From Nitrospirota bacterium (GTDB lineage: Bacteria > Nitrospirota > Nitrospiria > Nitrospirales > Nitrospiraceae): DNA of 64,000 nucleotides. The first letter of the stretch is position 1. Each line of letters opens with the position of its first letter. The position numbers and the translations under genes were made by a program. Positions 10,738 to 20,920 of this stretch are shown here, piece by piece. The DNA lies in contig JAUXQT010000035.1 of assembly GCA_030682135.1 (NCBI GenBank), positions 1,022 through 65,021 on the forward strand. The letters are read 5' to 3'. The notes beneath the pieces are model-generated. The model had not been told where the DNA came from and did not search any database. It saw only the letters and a list, made by a program, of their open reading frames with translations.

Positions 10738-12303
10738 ATGGAGCAGGGTACCAGGACACAGAGATGGTGGCGCACATGCGGCTATGCCGTCGGCATAAGC
10801 CTGCTCCTGTCACCTGCCCTCAGTTGGGGGCTGGAGGTCGGGAAGACTCAACCGACTGAACGTCGGGAGACCATCTCCCTTGCCGACGCGGCGCTTCAAG
10901 CACTGAAACACAATCTAGACATCAATATCAGCCGCCAGACGAAGGAGAGCCGGCAGACTGACATTACGGTCGAACAAGCCAAGTTCGATCCGACGCTGAG
11001 CGTGAACGGTCAGTACAATCGAACGGTGAACCCGCTCAACCGGCCGGTGTTCGGTGGAACCGGCGGGGCGTTGAACGACATTACGACCTTCGACCAACGG
11101 AACCAATCCGTCACACTCGATGCCACGACGAACTTGCTCACCGGCGGCAACGTCGACCTGAACTATAGCCCGTCTCGAACAATCGTCAATCAGAATGTGG
11201 CCACCGGGTTCCTCTTCAACCCGGCCTATACAGGCGGCCTCGCACTGACGCTCACACAACCCTTGCTCCGCAACGCCGGCCTCGACGTCACCAAGACCTT
11301 TATTCGCGTGGCGCAGAACAATGCCATCGTCGAGGAACATATCTTTCGCGACCGCGTCCTCACTGTCCTGGCCACCGTGGAGCAAACCTATTGGGAAGTC
11401 GTCTTTGCCAACGAGAATCTAAAAGTCGCTGAGGCCGCCTTGAAAGCGGCACAGGAACTCCTGGCCAGCAACCGGGCGAAAGCGAAGGCCGGTATCATGT
11501 CGATCGTCGATGTCCTGCAAGCCGAAGCGGCCGTCGCGTCGCGGGTCGAGCAGGTGCTGGTTGCGGATAAAACGATTCGGGACCAGGAAGATCAACTGCG
11601 CCGATTACTCAACCCGGCGGAGGAGGATTTGCGTCAAGACTTGCGCCTGACCCCACTCGACCAACCGACCGTGACCCTCGAACCGATCAGCCTGCAGGAA
11701 GCCATCGACAAGGCGATCGAGCAGCGGCCTGAAATCGTCCAGGCAAAAAAGAATATGGAGACGAGCGATCTCAACACCAAATTTGCCAAAAATCAGATTC
11801 TCCCGACCCTCTCGTTCCAAGGCACCATGGGTATGGCAGGGCTGGGAAAAGACTACGGTGATTCGGTGAACAAGAACCTGAGCGGCGACTACTACAACTA
11901 TGGCGCGGGCCTCGTCCTCAGTTACCCCCTCGGCAACCGCTCAGCCTGGAGCACCTATAGCAAGCGGCAGCTCGAAGCGAAAAACGCCGAAGCTTCCCTC
12001 GTGAGCGTGCGGCAGCAGATCATCGTGGGTGTGCGCGAAGCGGTCCGCCGCGTCCAAACGGATTTCAAGCGGATTGAAACCACCAGATCGGCCAGAATCA
12101 TGGCCGAAAAACAGTTGCAGGCGGAGCAGGAGCGGCTGAAGGTAGGACTGAGCACCACTCGCTTCGTCCTCGACTTCCAGCGCGATCTTGCGACGGCCCA
12201 AGGCAATGAGTTACGCGCGACCGTCGACTACAATAAATCCCTCTCCAACCTCGCGCGGCACAAAGCCACCACGCTCGAACGCTATAATTTCCAACTGAAT
12301 TAA
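10738..12303 (+). CDS. TolC family outer-membrane efflux protein
   Basis: Two-repeat OEP pattern (LSLADAALQALKHNLDI, LSLQEAIDKAIEQRPEI), signal peptide, GGGGG RBS before the ATG at 10738. Confidence 0.85.
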   Translation: MEQGTRTQRWWRTCGYAVGISLLLSPALSWGLEVGKTQPTERRETISLADAALQALKHNLDINISRQTKESRQTDITVEQAKFDPTLSVNGQYNRTVNPLNRPVFGGTGGALNDITTFDQRNQSVTLDATTNLLTGGNVDLNYSPSRTIVNQNVATGFLFNPAYTGGLALTLTQPLLRNAGLDVTKTFIRVAQNNAIVEEHIFRDRVLTVLATVEQTYWEVVFANENLKVAEAALKAAQELLASNRAKAKAGIMSIVDVLQAEAAVASRVEQVLVADKTIRDQEDQLRRLLNPAEEDLRQDLRLTPLDQPTVTLEPISLQEAIDKAIEQRPEIVQAKKNMETSDLNTKFAKNQILPTLSFQGTMGMAGLGKDYGDSVNKNLSGDYYNYGAGLVLSYPLGNRSAWSTYSKRQLEAKNAEASLVSVRQQIIVGVREAVRRVQTDFKRIETTRSARIMAEKQLQAEQERLKVGLSTTRFVLDFQRDLATAQGNELRATVDYNKSLSNLARHKATTLERYNFQLN

Positions 12304-12311
12304 CGGCCTCC

Positions 12312-13028
12312 ATGATGGCGCCTGAGCCCGGTCTTCATGCGACAGCGGCTCAGGCCGACGAACGGGGAGCGGCCCTCGCGCTGCTTCCCATCGCCACGAC
12401 CCTCGCTTTCTACGCCCTCCCCGCCTCGCTTCAGGCACAACCATTTCTCCAATTCGCGCCGCAACTGATCGCGTATCTTGCCCTTGGCCTCTGGGCCTCG
12501 CGTAACCGCAACATCGTCTCTCGGCTGGGGCTGGAGAAAGAAAAGATAGGGAATGGTCTATGCTGGGGACTCATGACAGGCCTGCTGCTCGGTGGCCTGA
12601 ATACCTTCGTAATTCTCTCCGTCTATCCGCATCTGGGCTATGACATCAGTTTCCTTACTGCCACACCGCATGCCCAACTCCCTCTCCTCGTCATGGTCCC
12701 CTGGTTCATCTGCGGCATCGCGCTCTTTGTGGAACTGAACTTTCGAGGATTTATGCTGGGGCGACTGGCCACTCTTGAGTCGCAGCTTTGGAGATCCGAT
12801 CTTGCCTCCCGCCTCTCGCCCCTTGCCATTTTCACCAGCGCACTGATATTTGCTTTCGACCCCTTCATGGTGAATACGTTCCAGCACCTTCATTGGATCG
12901 CGCTATGGGACGGTCTCATCTGGGGAATCATCTGGCTCACAACCAAAAACCTCTATGTCACGATCGTCGCCCACGCGGTGGAGGTGTTGGTGATGTATGG
13001 TGCCATCCGTGCCACCTTGATGCCGTGA
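12312..13028 (+). CDS. CPBP (CAAX) family intramembrane metalloprotease
   Basis: Polytopic. VELNFRGF (EExxxR-like) and HAVEVLVMYG (HxxxN/D-like) motifs. Confidence 0.7.
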   Translation: MMAPEPGLHATAAQADERGAALALLPIATTLAFYALPASLQAQPFLQFAPQLIAYLALGLWASRNRNIVSRLGLEKEKIGNGLCWGLMTGLLLGGLNTFVILSVYPHLGYDISFLTATPHAQLPLLVMVPWFICGIALFVELNFRGFMLGRLATLESQLWRSDLASRLSPLAIFTSALIFAFDPFMVNTFQHLHWIALWDGLIWGIIWLTTKNLYVTIVAHAVEVLVMYGAIRATLMP

Positions 13029-13035
13029 GCGCCTC

Positions 13036-14055
13036 ATGAACCCATCATTTCCCAGCTTTCTGGTGAATGACGTCTTCGGGGACCCAGGAGTCTACGTGGA
13101 GATCCGCTGGACGAAGCGAGCCCTGCTATTTGATCTAGGCCACAACGACAGGTTGGGAGCAAAGAGGCTCCTGCGTGCCAGCGACATTTTCATTTCACAT
13201 ACACATGTCGACCATTTCATCGGATTCGATGCAGTGCTACGAGTAGCCTTGGGGCGAGGCAAGACGGTCCGACTCTTCGGCCCTCCCGGACTCATCAACA
13301 ATGTGCAGGGAAAATTGCAGGGCTACACATGGAATCTGGTTGATGGCTATCCGCTGACCCTCGACGTCCAGGAGTTTCACCCCCAGGAAATCAGGCGGGC
13401 ACTGTTCCGCGCAACCGACGGGTTCCGCCTGGATGAACAACCATCCCTCCCTCTCGTGCCGGAACCAGCCACAGGCCGATTCATTGTCCTCAACGATCCC
13501 ATGTTCACCGTGAGCGCGGTTTCCTTGAACCATCGCATTCCCTCGTTCGCCTATTCTTTGGAGGAACAGTTCCACATCAATGTGAATAAGCAGAAGCTCC
13601 ACGATGCGAACCTGCCGGTCGGTTTCTGGCTCAAAGACGTGAAACAGTACATCTGGCAGGGCCAGCCTGACGAGTTCCGCTTCACGGCCAGGCTCTATGA
13701 TGAGCACCGCCTCGAAGAACGGGAATTGATATTGGGCGAGATCAAAGAACGGTTCTGCACCATTTCACGCGGGCAAAAGATCGCCTACGTCGTCGATGCC
13801 AGGTTCGATGAAGAGAATGAAGCCAAAATCATTGCCCTCGCTCGCGGCGCAGACCTGCTCTACTGTGAATCGCCCTACCTGGACGTTGATGCAGCGAAAG
13901 CCCACAACCGGTATCACCTGACAGCCAGACAGGCTGGACTCATGGCACGCCAAGCCCAGGTGCGAGACCTGGTTGTCTTTCACTTCTCGCCCCGGTATAC
14001 CGGACAGGGCGAGGCCTTAGCCCTCGAGGCGGCGGAGGCATTTCATGGAACCTGA
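13036..14055 (+). CDS. MBL-fold metallo-hydrolase (ribonuclease Z-like)
   Basis: ISHTHVDH (HxHxDH) motif. Late motifs LLYCES and HLTARQA resemble RNase Z/ElaC. Confidence 0.75.
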   Translation: MNPSFPSFLVNDVFGDPGVYVEIRWTKRALLFDLGHNDRLGAKRLLRASDIFISHTHVDHFIGFDAVLRVALGRGKTVRLFGPPGLINNVQGKLQGYTWNLVDGYPLTLDVQEFHPQEIRRALFRATDGFRLDEQPSLPLVPEPATGRFIVLNDPMFTVSAVSLNHRIPSFAYSLEEQFHINVNKQKLHDANLPVGFWLKDVKQYIWQGQPDEFRFTARLYDEHRLEERELILGEIKERFCTISRGQKIAYVVDARFDEENEAKIIALARGADLLYCESPYLDVDAAKAHNRYHLTARQAGLMARQAQVRDLVVFHFSPRYTGQGEALALEAAEAFHGT

Positions 14056-14067
14056 GGAGACTACAGC

Positions 14068-14406
14068 GTGAATGAATTTGTGAAGTATACCGTGTATTTT
14101 CTATTGGGCGGCACCATCGTCAGTATCTCGACCTATCTCGGCTCGCAAGGCCGTTCGTTTCTCGCCGCCTTTGCCAGCACCTTTCCTGCCATCACGGGCG
14201 CGACGTTCATTCTGATCTATCTCAATGGGGGCAGCGAGTCGTTGGTGGGATACGCGAAGCATCTATTGTGGTTTGTGCCCCCTTGGATCGTATACGTCAT
14301 CACCATGATTCTTGGCGTCCCACGCGTCGGGTTCTGGCCAGCCATGGCCTTGTCTATGACATTGTATTTCAGTTGTATCGGGCTGCTGAAGCTCGCTATC
14401 CGATAA
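14068..14406 (+). CDS. small 4-TM membrane protein (DUF3147/GlpM-like)
   Basis: 112 aa, four hydrophobic helices, GTG start. Confidence 0.45.
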   Translation: MNEFVKYTVYFLLGGTIVSISTYLGSQGRSFLAAFASTFPAITGATFILIYLNGGSESLVGYAKHLLWFVPPWIVYVITMILGVPRVGFWPAMALSMTLYFSCIGLLKLAIR

Positions 14407-14550
14407 CCTCGCACGGAAGACCACGGCCGTTGTTAAATAGGGATTGAATCGAAGAGGACGAGGTTGTGGACAAGCAGGGCAGGAAAAACCATTTCGCGAC
14501 AGCAGAAATCCGATGGCTAGCTTGGCCTAAGCGACCAGCAGAGTGGGATG

Positions 14551-14690
14551 CAGGATGCTGCTAGCAGGCTGTTGATAAAGGCCGCCAGCGGCGTTCTCGC
14601 GGCGCGCAGAGGCTCAACGTACTGCCGCGAGTACGCTTCGCCTCTCCGCTTGCTGCGGCCTTGCTGAGCGGCCTTTCTGAACAGCCTGAG
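14551..14690. repeat. RepA copy 2, preceded by an extra solo terminus
   Basis: GCAGGATGCTG-CTAG-CAGGCTGTTGATAAAGGCCGCCAGC...GCGGCCTTTCTGAACAGCCTG; two RepA termini abut at a CTAG. Confidence 0.7.
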
Positions 14691-14766
14691 ACCACTGATA
14701 ACGACGTCTACAACTGTTCTGGCATGCGCATTTTTGCAGTGGCTTGGTATTGTTCTCAACAACCTG

Positions 14767-15345
14767 CTAGGCGAGATGGCTGAAGTGGAATCGGTTCATT
14801 TCACTCATGGCCGACACCAGCCGGTCGATCGCGACGGTGACGCAGTGACTCGCCTCGTGTGATGGCCCCTTGCCGCCGGCCCAGATATCGGGCGGCTGCT
14901 CCACTTCACAGACGTTCTGGCAAAACCTGGTAATAGACTGCTTCCAATAGGTCGGGTCCGCGGCTTCGTCGAGAAAGTGCTCCCGATCCTTCGTAAAGGG
15001 CGCATCGAACTGCTTGGCCCTCATCTGCCACATCTGCTCCATCGCGTTCTGCCGTTCCTGGCTAAACTCAAGCCCTCTGGCTTTTTCGTTCAACGCGGCG
15101 AACAGTCCCCCGATCACCCGTTCGACATGCGACTCGGGAAAGGCGCCGACACAGGCTTGCACGACGAGATATTTATGAAAAATAAAGACCTCGGCGCTGA
15201 TGCGGGCCTCGGTGGCCGAGGGATCGTAGGCCCGCGCCAGCTCTTTCATCGCATCGCCTGAGGCACTCTCAAGGCTCGCACCCAGCAACCCAGCCAGTTG
15301 ACGCCCCAGGCCCAAGTAATCCACCGGAATCGCAGCATGTGTCAT
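14767..15345 (-). CDS. hypothetical protein
   Basis: 192 aa from MTHAAIPVDY; good coding-like composition, no motif recognised. Confidence 0.5.
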   Translation of the reverse strand: MTHAAIPVDYLGLGRQLAGLLGASLESASGDAMKELARAYDPSATEARISAEVFIFHKYLVVQACVGAFPESHVERVIGGLFAALNEKARGLEFSQERQNAMEQMWQMRAKQFDAPFTKDREHFLDEAADPTYWKQSITRFCQNVCEVEQPPDIWAGGKGPSHEASHCVTVAIDRLVSAMSEMNRFHFSHLA

Positions 15346-15530
15346 GATCGATCGTCTCTTCCCGTGAGCCAAACTCACGCCGAGCGTAATCGAGGCAAAG
15401 AGAAATTGCCAGAAAATAGTCAGACGAATCCGTGAGGAACTGTTCTTGTTCCCCACCCGCGCGATCCGTCCTTGAACCCCTGCAGCCGGATTGTTACCAT
15501 GCCGCTTCTTCTTTTCCTCTCAACCGGTCT

Positions 15531-18338
15531 ATGGCACAGATCCGACAGCCACCTGCTCCGTCCCGCGATCTCATCGTCGAAGGCGCACGCCAAAACAACC
15601 TCAAGAACATCTCACTCCGTATCCCCCACAATCAGGTCACGGCCATCACGGGCGTCTCAGGATCGGGAAAATCCTCTCTCGCGTTCGACACGTTGTTCGC
15701 CGAAGGCCAATGGCGCTATGTGGAATCGCTCTCCATTTATGCCCGCATGTTTCTCGATAAGGTCAACCGGCCCGATGTCGACCGGATCATCAACGTTCGG
15801 CCCGCCATTGCGATTGAACAGAAGAATCCCATCCGCACCGCCCGCTCGACGGTCGGAACCACGACCGAAATTGCCGACCTCTTGCGCCTCCTGTTCGCCA
15901 AAGTGGGCCATCCGGTCTGCCCCGATTGTTCTATCGATGCACGCAGCTTTCATCCTGGCAGCGTCGCCGACGACCTCCTGAGTCATTGCGCCGGCACACG
16001 AGCCATGATCCTCTTTCCGGTCAAAGCACCGGCGCCGAAACAGGACCAGGCCTTTCTCCAATCGCTGTTGCTCCGCGGCTTTACCAGAGTGCAGTGCGGC
16101 GAGGCCATCCTCGACCTCCACGACACACTCGGCCTTCCCATAGTCAGGCCGGACCAACTGTATGTAATCCTCGACCGGCTCGTGATCCGGGAAGACAACC
16201 GATCCCGCCTCGTCGAAGCGATTGAAACCGCCTTTCGCGAAGGCGAGGGCCAATGCCGCGTGGAGGTCATCGACCAGGGCCCACGAATCTACAGCACAGA
16301 TTTTCGCTGCCAACAATGTGGCAGAACCTTCGAACCGATTCGGCCCGTCCTCTTTTCCTTCAACCATCCGCTCGGTGCCTGTCCCGAATGCAAAGGGTTC
16401 GGCAATATTCTGCGGTACGATCCCGCCCTCGTCATCCCCGACCACGACAAGTCGTTGGCCCAAGGCGCGATTGAACCCTGGAGCAAACCCAGCGGCGATT
16501 GGTGGCAAAAGCAAATGTTCCTCGCCATGAAGCGGCGTGGAGTCGACCTCACGATCCCCTACAAAGACCTGCCACAGACGATCCAGCAGATCCTCTGGCA
16601 GGGAGAAGGCAAACTGGAGGGCGTACAACAATTCTTCGAATACTTGGAGGGAAAGCGCTACAAACTACATGTGCGCGTGATGCTCAGCCGCTACCGGACA
16701 CCGGTCTCCTGTCCGACCTGTCAGGGGTCTCGCCTCAGACCGGACGCGCGGTATGTGAAGATCGCGGGCACTGACATTCATGAGCTCTCTTCACTCACGA
16801 TCGAAGCGACTGCCGCTTGGGTCACGTCTCTCCCCCTCTCTCCCTATGAAGAACAGGTCGCCCGCGACATCCTCAGACAGTTAACAGCCAAGCTCGGCTT
16901 TCTCCTCCGCGTGGGCCTCAGCTACCTCACCCTTTCCCGTCAAACCCGCACGCTCTCGGGAGGAGAGGCTCAGCGCGCAACCTTGGCCAACCAACTCGGT
17001 GCCCGTCTAGTCGGTACGCTCTACGTCCTCGACGAACCGACCATCGGACTCCATCCCCGTGACACCGCCACACTCGCCGGCATCATGCGAGAGCTGGCGA
17101 GCCAGGGTAATACGGTCGTCGTCGTGGAACATGATCGCCAGATGATGTTGGCAGCCGACTATCTCGTCGAGATGGGCCCCTTGTCCGGCGAAAAAGGCGG
17201 CGAGGTGATCTGCGCAGCGCCCAGACAGGAATTCATCGCGGACCGGCGGTCGATCACGGCACGCTACCTGCGTAACGAAGACGAGATTGCCACGCCACGC
17301 GCCCGACGGAAAGGGAATGGGAAATTTCTTGTCATCGCCGGAGCCTGCGAGAATAACCTCAAAGATCTGTCCGTCCGTATTCCGCTCGGCATGCTGGTTT
17401 GCGTCACCGGCGTCTCAGGATCCGGCAAAAGCACCTTGGTCGAAGACACGCTGTATCGCGCCATCGCCAGAGCCTTTCGTATTGAGTCACTGCCCATGGG
17501 CAAGTTTTGCGCGATTAAAGGAGTCGAACATCTCACCGGCATCAAACTCATCGATCAAGAACCGATCGGCCGAACGCCACGCTCGAATCCGATCACCTAC
17601 CTGAAAGCGTTCGATGAAGTTCGCGCCCTCTTCGCGTCCGAACGCGAGGCCCTCAGAAGCGGGCTCACGCCTGGGCACTTCTCCTTCAATACCATCGGAG
17701 GCCGGTGCGAGAAATGCGAAGGAAGCGGCGTCGAAAAGCTGGAGATGTACTTCTTCGAAGATATCTATGCGACCTGCGAAGCCTGCGACGGGAAGCGATT
17801 TAAACCGAACGTCCTCTCCATTCGTTATCGCGGGAAAACGATTCATGATGTGCTGCAAATGACCGTCGACGACGGGCTGGGATTTTTCAGCGGCTCACCC
17901 AAGCTCACCGAGAAACTCCACCTGCTCTCCTCCATCGGGCTGGGCTATCTCCGGCTCGGCCAAGCCGCCACGACCCTTTCAGGCGGCGAAGCCCAGCGGT
18001 TGAAAATCGCCGCCGAGCTCAAAGTCTCGTCTGCGAAAAATGTGCTCTACATCATGGATGAACCGACCACCGGACTGCATGTCGAAGATATTAAGAAGCT
18101 CCTCGCAATGCTGCAGAAACTGGTGGGTAGCGGCCATACCGTGGTGGTGGTCGAACATAACCTCGACGTCATCAAATCGGCGGATTGGATTATCGACTTA
18201 GGGCCGGAAGGCGGCTCGGCAGGTGGACAGATCGTGGCAGAAGGACGACCGGAACAGGTGGCGAAGATAGCGGCGTCCCACACTGGGCGATTCCTCGCAG
18301 GCGCGCTCATGCCGGCCATTGATAACCTTGGTCACTGA
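15531..18338 (+). CDS. uvrA: excinuclease ABC subunit A
   Basis: Two ABC modules (GVSGSGKSS twice, LSGGEAQR twice), zinc-finger CxxC pairs. Start at MAQIRQPPAP (ATG 15531). Confidence 0.95.
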   Translation: MAQIRQPPAPSRDLIVEGARQNNLKNISLRIPHNQVTAITGVSGSGKSSLAFDTLFAEGQWRYVESLSIYARMFLDKVNRPDVDRIINVRPAIAIEQKNPIRTARSTVGTTTEIADLLRLLFAKVGHPVCPDCSIDARSFHPGSVADDLLSHCAGTRAMILFPVKAPAPKQDQAFLQSLLLRGFTRVQCGEAILDLHDTLGLPIVRPDQLYVILDRLVIREDNRSRLVEAIETAFREGEGQCRVEVIDQGPRIYSTDFRCQQCGRTFEPIRPVLFSFNHPLGACPECKGFGNILRYDPALVIPDHDKSLAQGAIEPWSKPSGDWWQKQMFLAMKRRGVDLTIPYKDLPQTIQQILWQGEGKLEGVQQFFEYLEGKRYKLHVRVMLSRYRTPVSCPTCQGSRLRPDARYVKIAGTDIHELSSLTIEATAAWVTSLPLSPYEEQVARDILRQLTAKLGFLLRVGLSYLTLSRQTRTLSGGEAQRATLANQLGARLVGTLYVLDEPTIGLHPRDTATLAGIMRELASQGNTVVVVEHDRQMMLAADYLVEMGPLSGEKGGEVICAAPRQEFIADRRSITARYLRNEDEIATPRARRKGNGKFLVIAGACENNLKDLSVRIPLGMLVCVTGVSGSGKSTLVEDTLYRAIARAFRIESLPMGKFCAIKGVEHLTGIKLIDQEPIGRTPRSNPITYLKAFDEVRALFASEREALRSGLTPGHFSFNTIGGRCEKCEGSGVEKLEMYFFEDIYATCEACDGKRFKPNVLSIRYRGKTIHDVLQMTVDDGLGFFSGSPKLTEKLHLLSSIGLGYLRLGQAATTLSGGEAQRLKIAAELKVSSAKNVLYIMDEPTTGLHVEDIKKLLAMLQKLVGSGHTVVVVEHNLDVIKSADWIIDLGPEGGSAGGQIVAEGRPEQVAKIAASHTGRFLAGALMPAIDNLGH

Positions 18339-18354
18339 CACCTGTGTTCCCACC

Positions 18355-18651
18355 TCACTTCGTCTGTTGCTCCAACAGGGACGGCTTACGAGAACCATGA
18401 AACACAGCCAACACAACGATGCTCAGTTCCCGCTCGCGAAAATAGACGCAAAAAGGAAATCGTCGTGCGACAGCCTTGCGCACATCGCGGTGCACAATTG
18501 GAAATTGTTCAGGGTGACTGGCTATGCGATCAATCACACTCTGAATTTCAGCGAGAAAGTCTGCTCCAAGCCCTGCACGTTCCTTCTCATACCAATCACC
18601 AGCCTGATCAAACTCGCGGCGCGCCTGTTGCCGAAAAACAACCTGACGCAT
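18355..18651 (-). CDS. type II toxin, RelE/ParE family (ParE-like)
   Basis: 98 aa; ...FPIVHRDVRKAVARRFPFCVYFRERELSIVVLAVFHGSRKP; TAATG overlap with the upstream antitoxin. Confidence 0.8.
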   Translation of the reverse strand: MRQVVFRQQARREFDQAGDWYEKERAGLGADFLAEIQSVIDRIASHPEQFPIVHRDVRKAVARRFPFCVYFRERELSIVVLAVFHGSRKPSLLEQQTK

Positions 18652-18881
18652 TATTTTTTCCAGCGTGATTGCGAGTCAGACTTGATGGTATCCCAAGAAA
18701 TCGTGTCATCCGGTGCAGCCTCATCATCGGCAAGGCGACGATCGATCTCTGCTTTCTCAGATGGACTGGGTGGGAGGAGTCCAACTTCAATGGCGACCGA
18801 ATCCCAAATATCCTGAGCCAAGGCGATGCGGTCTGCGACGCTCATGCTGTCAATGCCCAGTGTGTGTAGTGCTTGCCCCAT
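18651..18881 (-). CDS. addiction-module antitoxin (TIGR02574-like)
   Basis: 76 aa; SVADRIALAQDIWDSV...EKAEIDRRLADDEA...ISWDTIK pattern; AGGAGG RBS before the ATG at complement 18879-18881. Confidence 0.7.
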   Translation of the reverse strand: MGQALHTLGIDSMSVADRIALAQDIWDSVAIEVGLLPPSPSEKAEIDRRLADDEAAPDDTISWDTIKSDSQSRWKK

Positions 18882-19161
18882 AAATGCCTCCTTTATCAGC
18901 GCATATTCTACATCATTGATTGAATATCCCTCTACCATCCCCTCGCAGACAAACTGGCAGAGAGGGTGCTGCACTCATGGTAACCGAGTTATCAGGGACG
19001 AAGCTCACGCACTGCCCCCTGCTGCAGCAATTCAGGAAGCTTGATTTTTGCTTCATACGAACCGACTGCAATCTTCATGACGTTATTCCTGCCTTACAGA
19101 CTCATTGAGTCCAGCATATAGACCAGTCTAAATTGAATCAACGATCCCGACGAAAGGCCGT

Positions 19162-19423
19162 ATGAACGCAACCGCCGAACTGCATGTCGAAGATATTAAG
19201 AAACTCCTCGCGATGCTGCAGAAGCTCGTGGGTAGCGGCAATCTCGTCATCGTGGTGGTGAAACACAACCTCAACGTGATTAAAAATGGCAGGCTGGATT
19301 ATCAACCTAGGCCCGGGAAGCAGCTCGGCAGACGGACAGATCGCGGCAGAAGGGAGACCGGAGCAGGTGGCGAAGGCAACAGGCTCATTTACGGGGCAAT
19401 TCTTGGCCAAGGCTTTACCGTAG
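19162..19423 (+). pseudogene. uvrA: diverged, frame-broken duplicate of the uvrA 3' end
   Basis: Aligns at nucleotide level with uvrA ~18056-18338 (LHVEDIKKLLAMLQKLVGSG...). A 1-nt indel near 19285-19295 shifts the UvrA-like reading (ADWIINLGPG..GQIAAEGRPEQVAKA) out of frame. Confidence 0.8.
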
Positions 19424-19698
19424 TAATGCAAGCCAAAGTCCCAACAATTTGGCGAGATACTTGATGACCATGATTTGCTCTCGTACACTTAACCAAAGAC
19501 AGCACGTTTACTAGTCCGTTGGACGGAATGTAAATTCACTCAACGAGTTGGCATTACGCTAATCTGCATAAGATTTAGCAGAAAATTGTTCTAGCGCTCC
19601 AGCTGATTGTTATAAAAATGCTTCGGGCGTATTATCCGGAAAAATCGATAGCGTATCACACGGATAGAAAATCGAAGAACCAGCTCTTACACGGATCC

Positions 19699-19716
19699 GC
19701 CTAATCATTATTAGGC
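19699..19716. promoter_or_regulatory. perfect 7-bp inverted repeat in the AT-rich spacer
   Basis: GCCTAAT-CATT-ATTAGGC, 32 nt upstream of the ATG at 19748. Confidence 0.3.
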
Positions 19717-19747
19717 GCACTCGCGCACTGTAACCACACGACACCAG

Positions 19748-20920
19748 ATGGATGCCAATCCTGAATTTGATATCCGTACACCGTTAGGCCGCGAGAGACT
19801 GGCTCAATACCACGTCGCGTCCGGCAGACAGGACCAGCTGGCCCTGACGGAGATCGTCGACGCTCTAGAGTCGCTCGTGCACCGCCTCGGCACACGGGAC
19901 TGGATGATCTGGCGCTACGGTGGTTTCATTATTCCAACAGGTGATAAGAGCCAGCGATTGGTTGATGTTGTGGAGGCCGTTGACCTCGGCCACACACTCG
20001 CGATTCTCGCTCAATGCGATGGATTCAATGAACTTCTCAGAGGATTTGACAACCCCTCACAGTTCGATGACTCGATATTCGAGGCCCAGATGGCACGGTG
20101 GTGTCTTGATCAACCGCACATCAAGGCACTACGATTTGCACCGAAGTACACCGTGCTTGGGAGAGATAAACGGCCGGACTTCGAGTTGAATACCCCAATT
20201 GGCCGCCTTGTCTGCGAGTGCAAGCGGCTCCACCTTCGCACTCAAGAGTGGGCAAGCCGTCTGATTCGTATTACCGATGCCTTCGACACCGCGATGCATG
20301 CAACGGGGATTCCACAGGATGTGCGACTCGAAGTGACTGTCAACGGAACGATTCGTGGTGATCTGCGAGTTACTGCCGAGCATGCATGTCGCGAGGTGCA
20401 GAATGGATCCGCGGGAACAACGATGGAACACGGCCCCTTCTCCTTGAGAATTTCTCCGATTGGATCAGAGATTGCTTCGAACGGCTGCATCGTTAAGTAC
20501 GGAAGGATTCGGGTCGGCTCAACACCGACCGAAATCAAACCAGAGAATTACTATTTACGCCTCTCCAGCCCGTGGATGGAGCGCGCCATCTTTCGTACTA
20601 TTGGAGCCGTCATCAATGCCGCACATCGACAACTCCCTGCAGATCATGACTCCGTGATCTTCGTCGATGGCCCTCAGCTCGAAGGTCGGAGGGCAGCGGC
20701 GGCGAGGCTTCTGCAATCGGAATATACTCACTGTCTTGCGGTCTCGGTCGTTCGAGGAGGCAAGGCGGAGTTCTCACAGCGAAGTATCAACAAAGAAGTG
20801 GTCGATTGGATTTTCCTCGGCAAGGCACCTACTCTGATCCGCCGTCTGCTATATATTTTCGCTTGGAGGTTGGGGCTGCGGCGCGCACTGCTACGCAAGC
20901 TAACACGGGCCACTACTTAG
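19748..20920 (+). CDS. hypothetical protein with PD-(D/E)xK nuclease-like signature
   Basis: FEAQMARW ... KRPDFEL ... GRLVCECKRL gives E / PD / ExK spacing typical of the restriction-endonuclease fold. The remaining ~220 aa are unassignable. Confidence 0.6.
   Translation: MDANPEFDIRTPLGRERLAQYHVASGRQDQLALTEIVDALESLVHRLGTRDWMIWRYGGFIIPTGDKSQRLVDVVEAVDLGHTLAILAQCDGFNELLRGFDNPSQFDDSIFEAQMARWCLDQPHIKALRFAPKYTVLGRDKRPDFELNTPIGRLVCECKRLHLRTQEWASRLIRITDAFDTAMHATGIPQDVRLEVTVNGTIRGDLRVTAEHACREVQNGSAGTTMEHGPFSLRISPIGSEIASNGCIVKYGRIRVGSTPTEIKPENYYLRLSSPWMERAIFRTIGAVINAAHRQLPADHDSVIFVDGPQLEGRRAAAARLLQSEYTHCLAVSVVRGGKAEFSQRSINKEVVDWIFLGKAPTLIRRLLYIFAWRLGLRRALLRKLTRATT

Noticed and set aside
14517-14762. 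Track ORFs running through RepA copies (for example 14517-14762, and parts of 23102-23863 and 41198-41893)
   Set aside because: The same sequence recurs in both orientations at six intergenic sites, so the peptide similarity is a by-product of a DNA repeat.
18998-19078. 26-codon Phd/YefM-like N-terminal ORF listed as a gene
   Set aside because: It is too short to be functional and ends in a stop after the first strand/helix. I treat it as a remnant that supports the uvrA insertion finding and have not annotated it as a feature.
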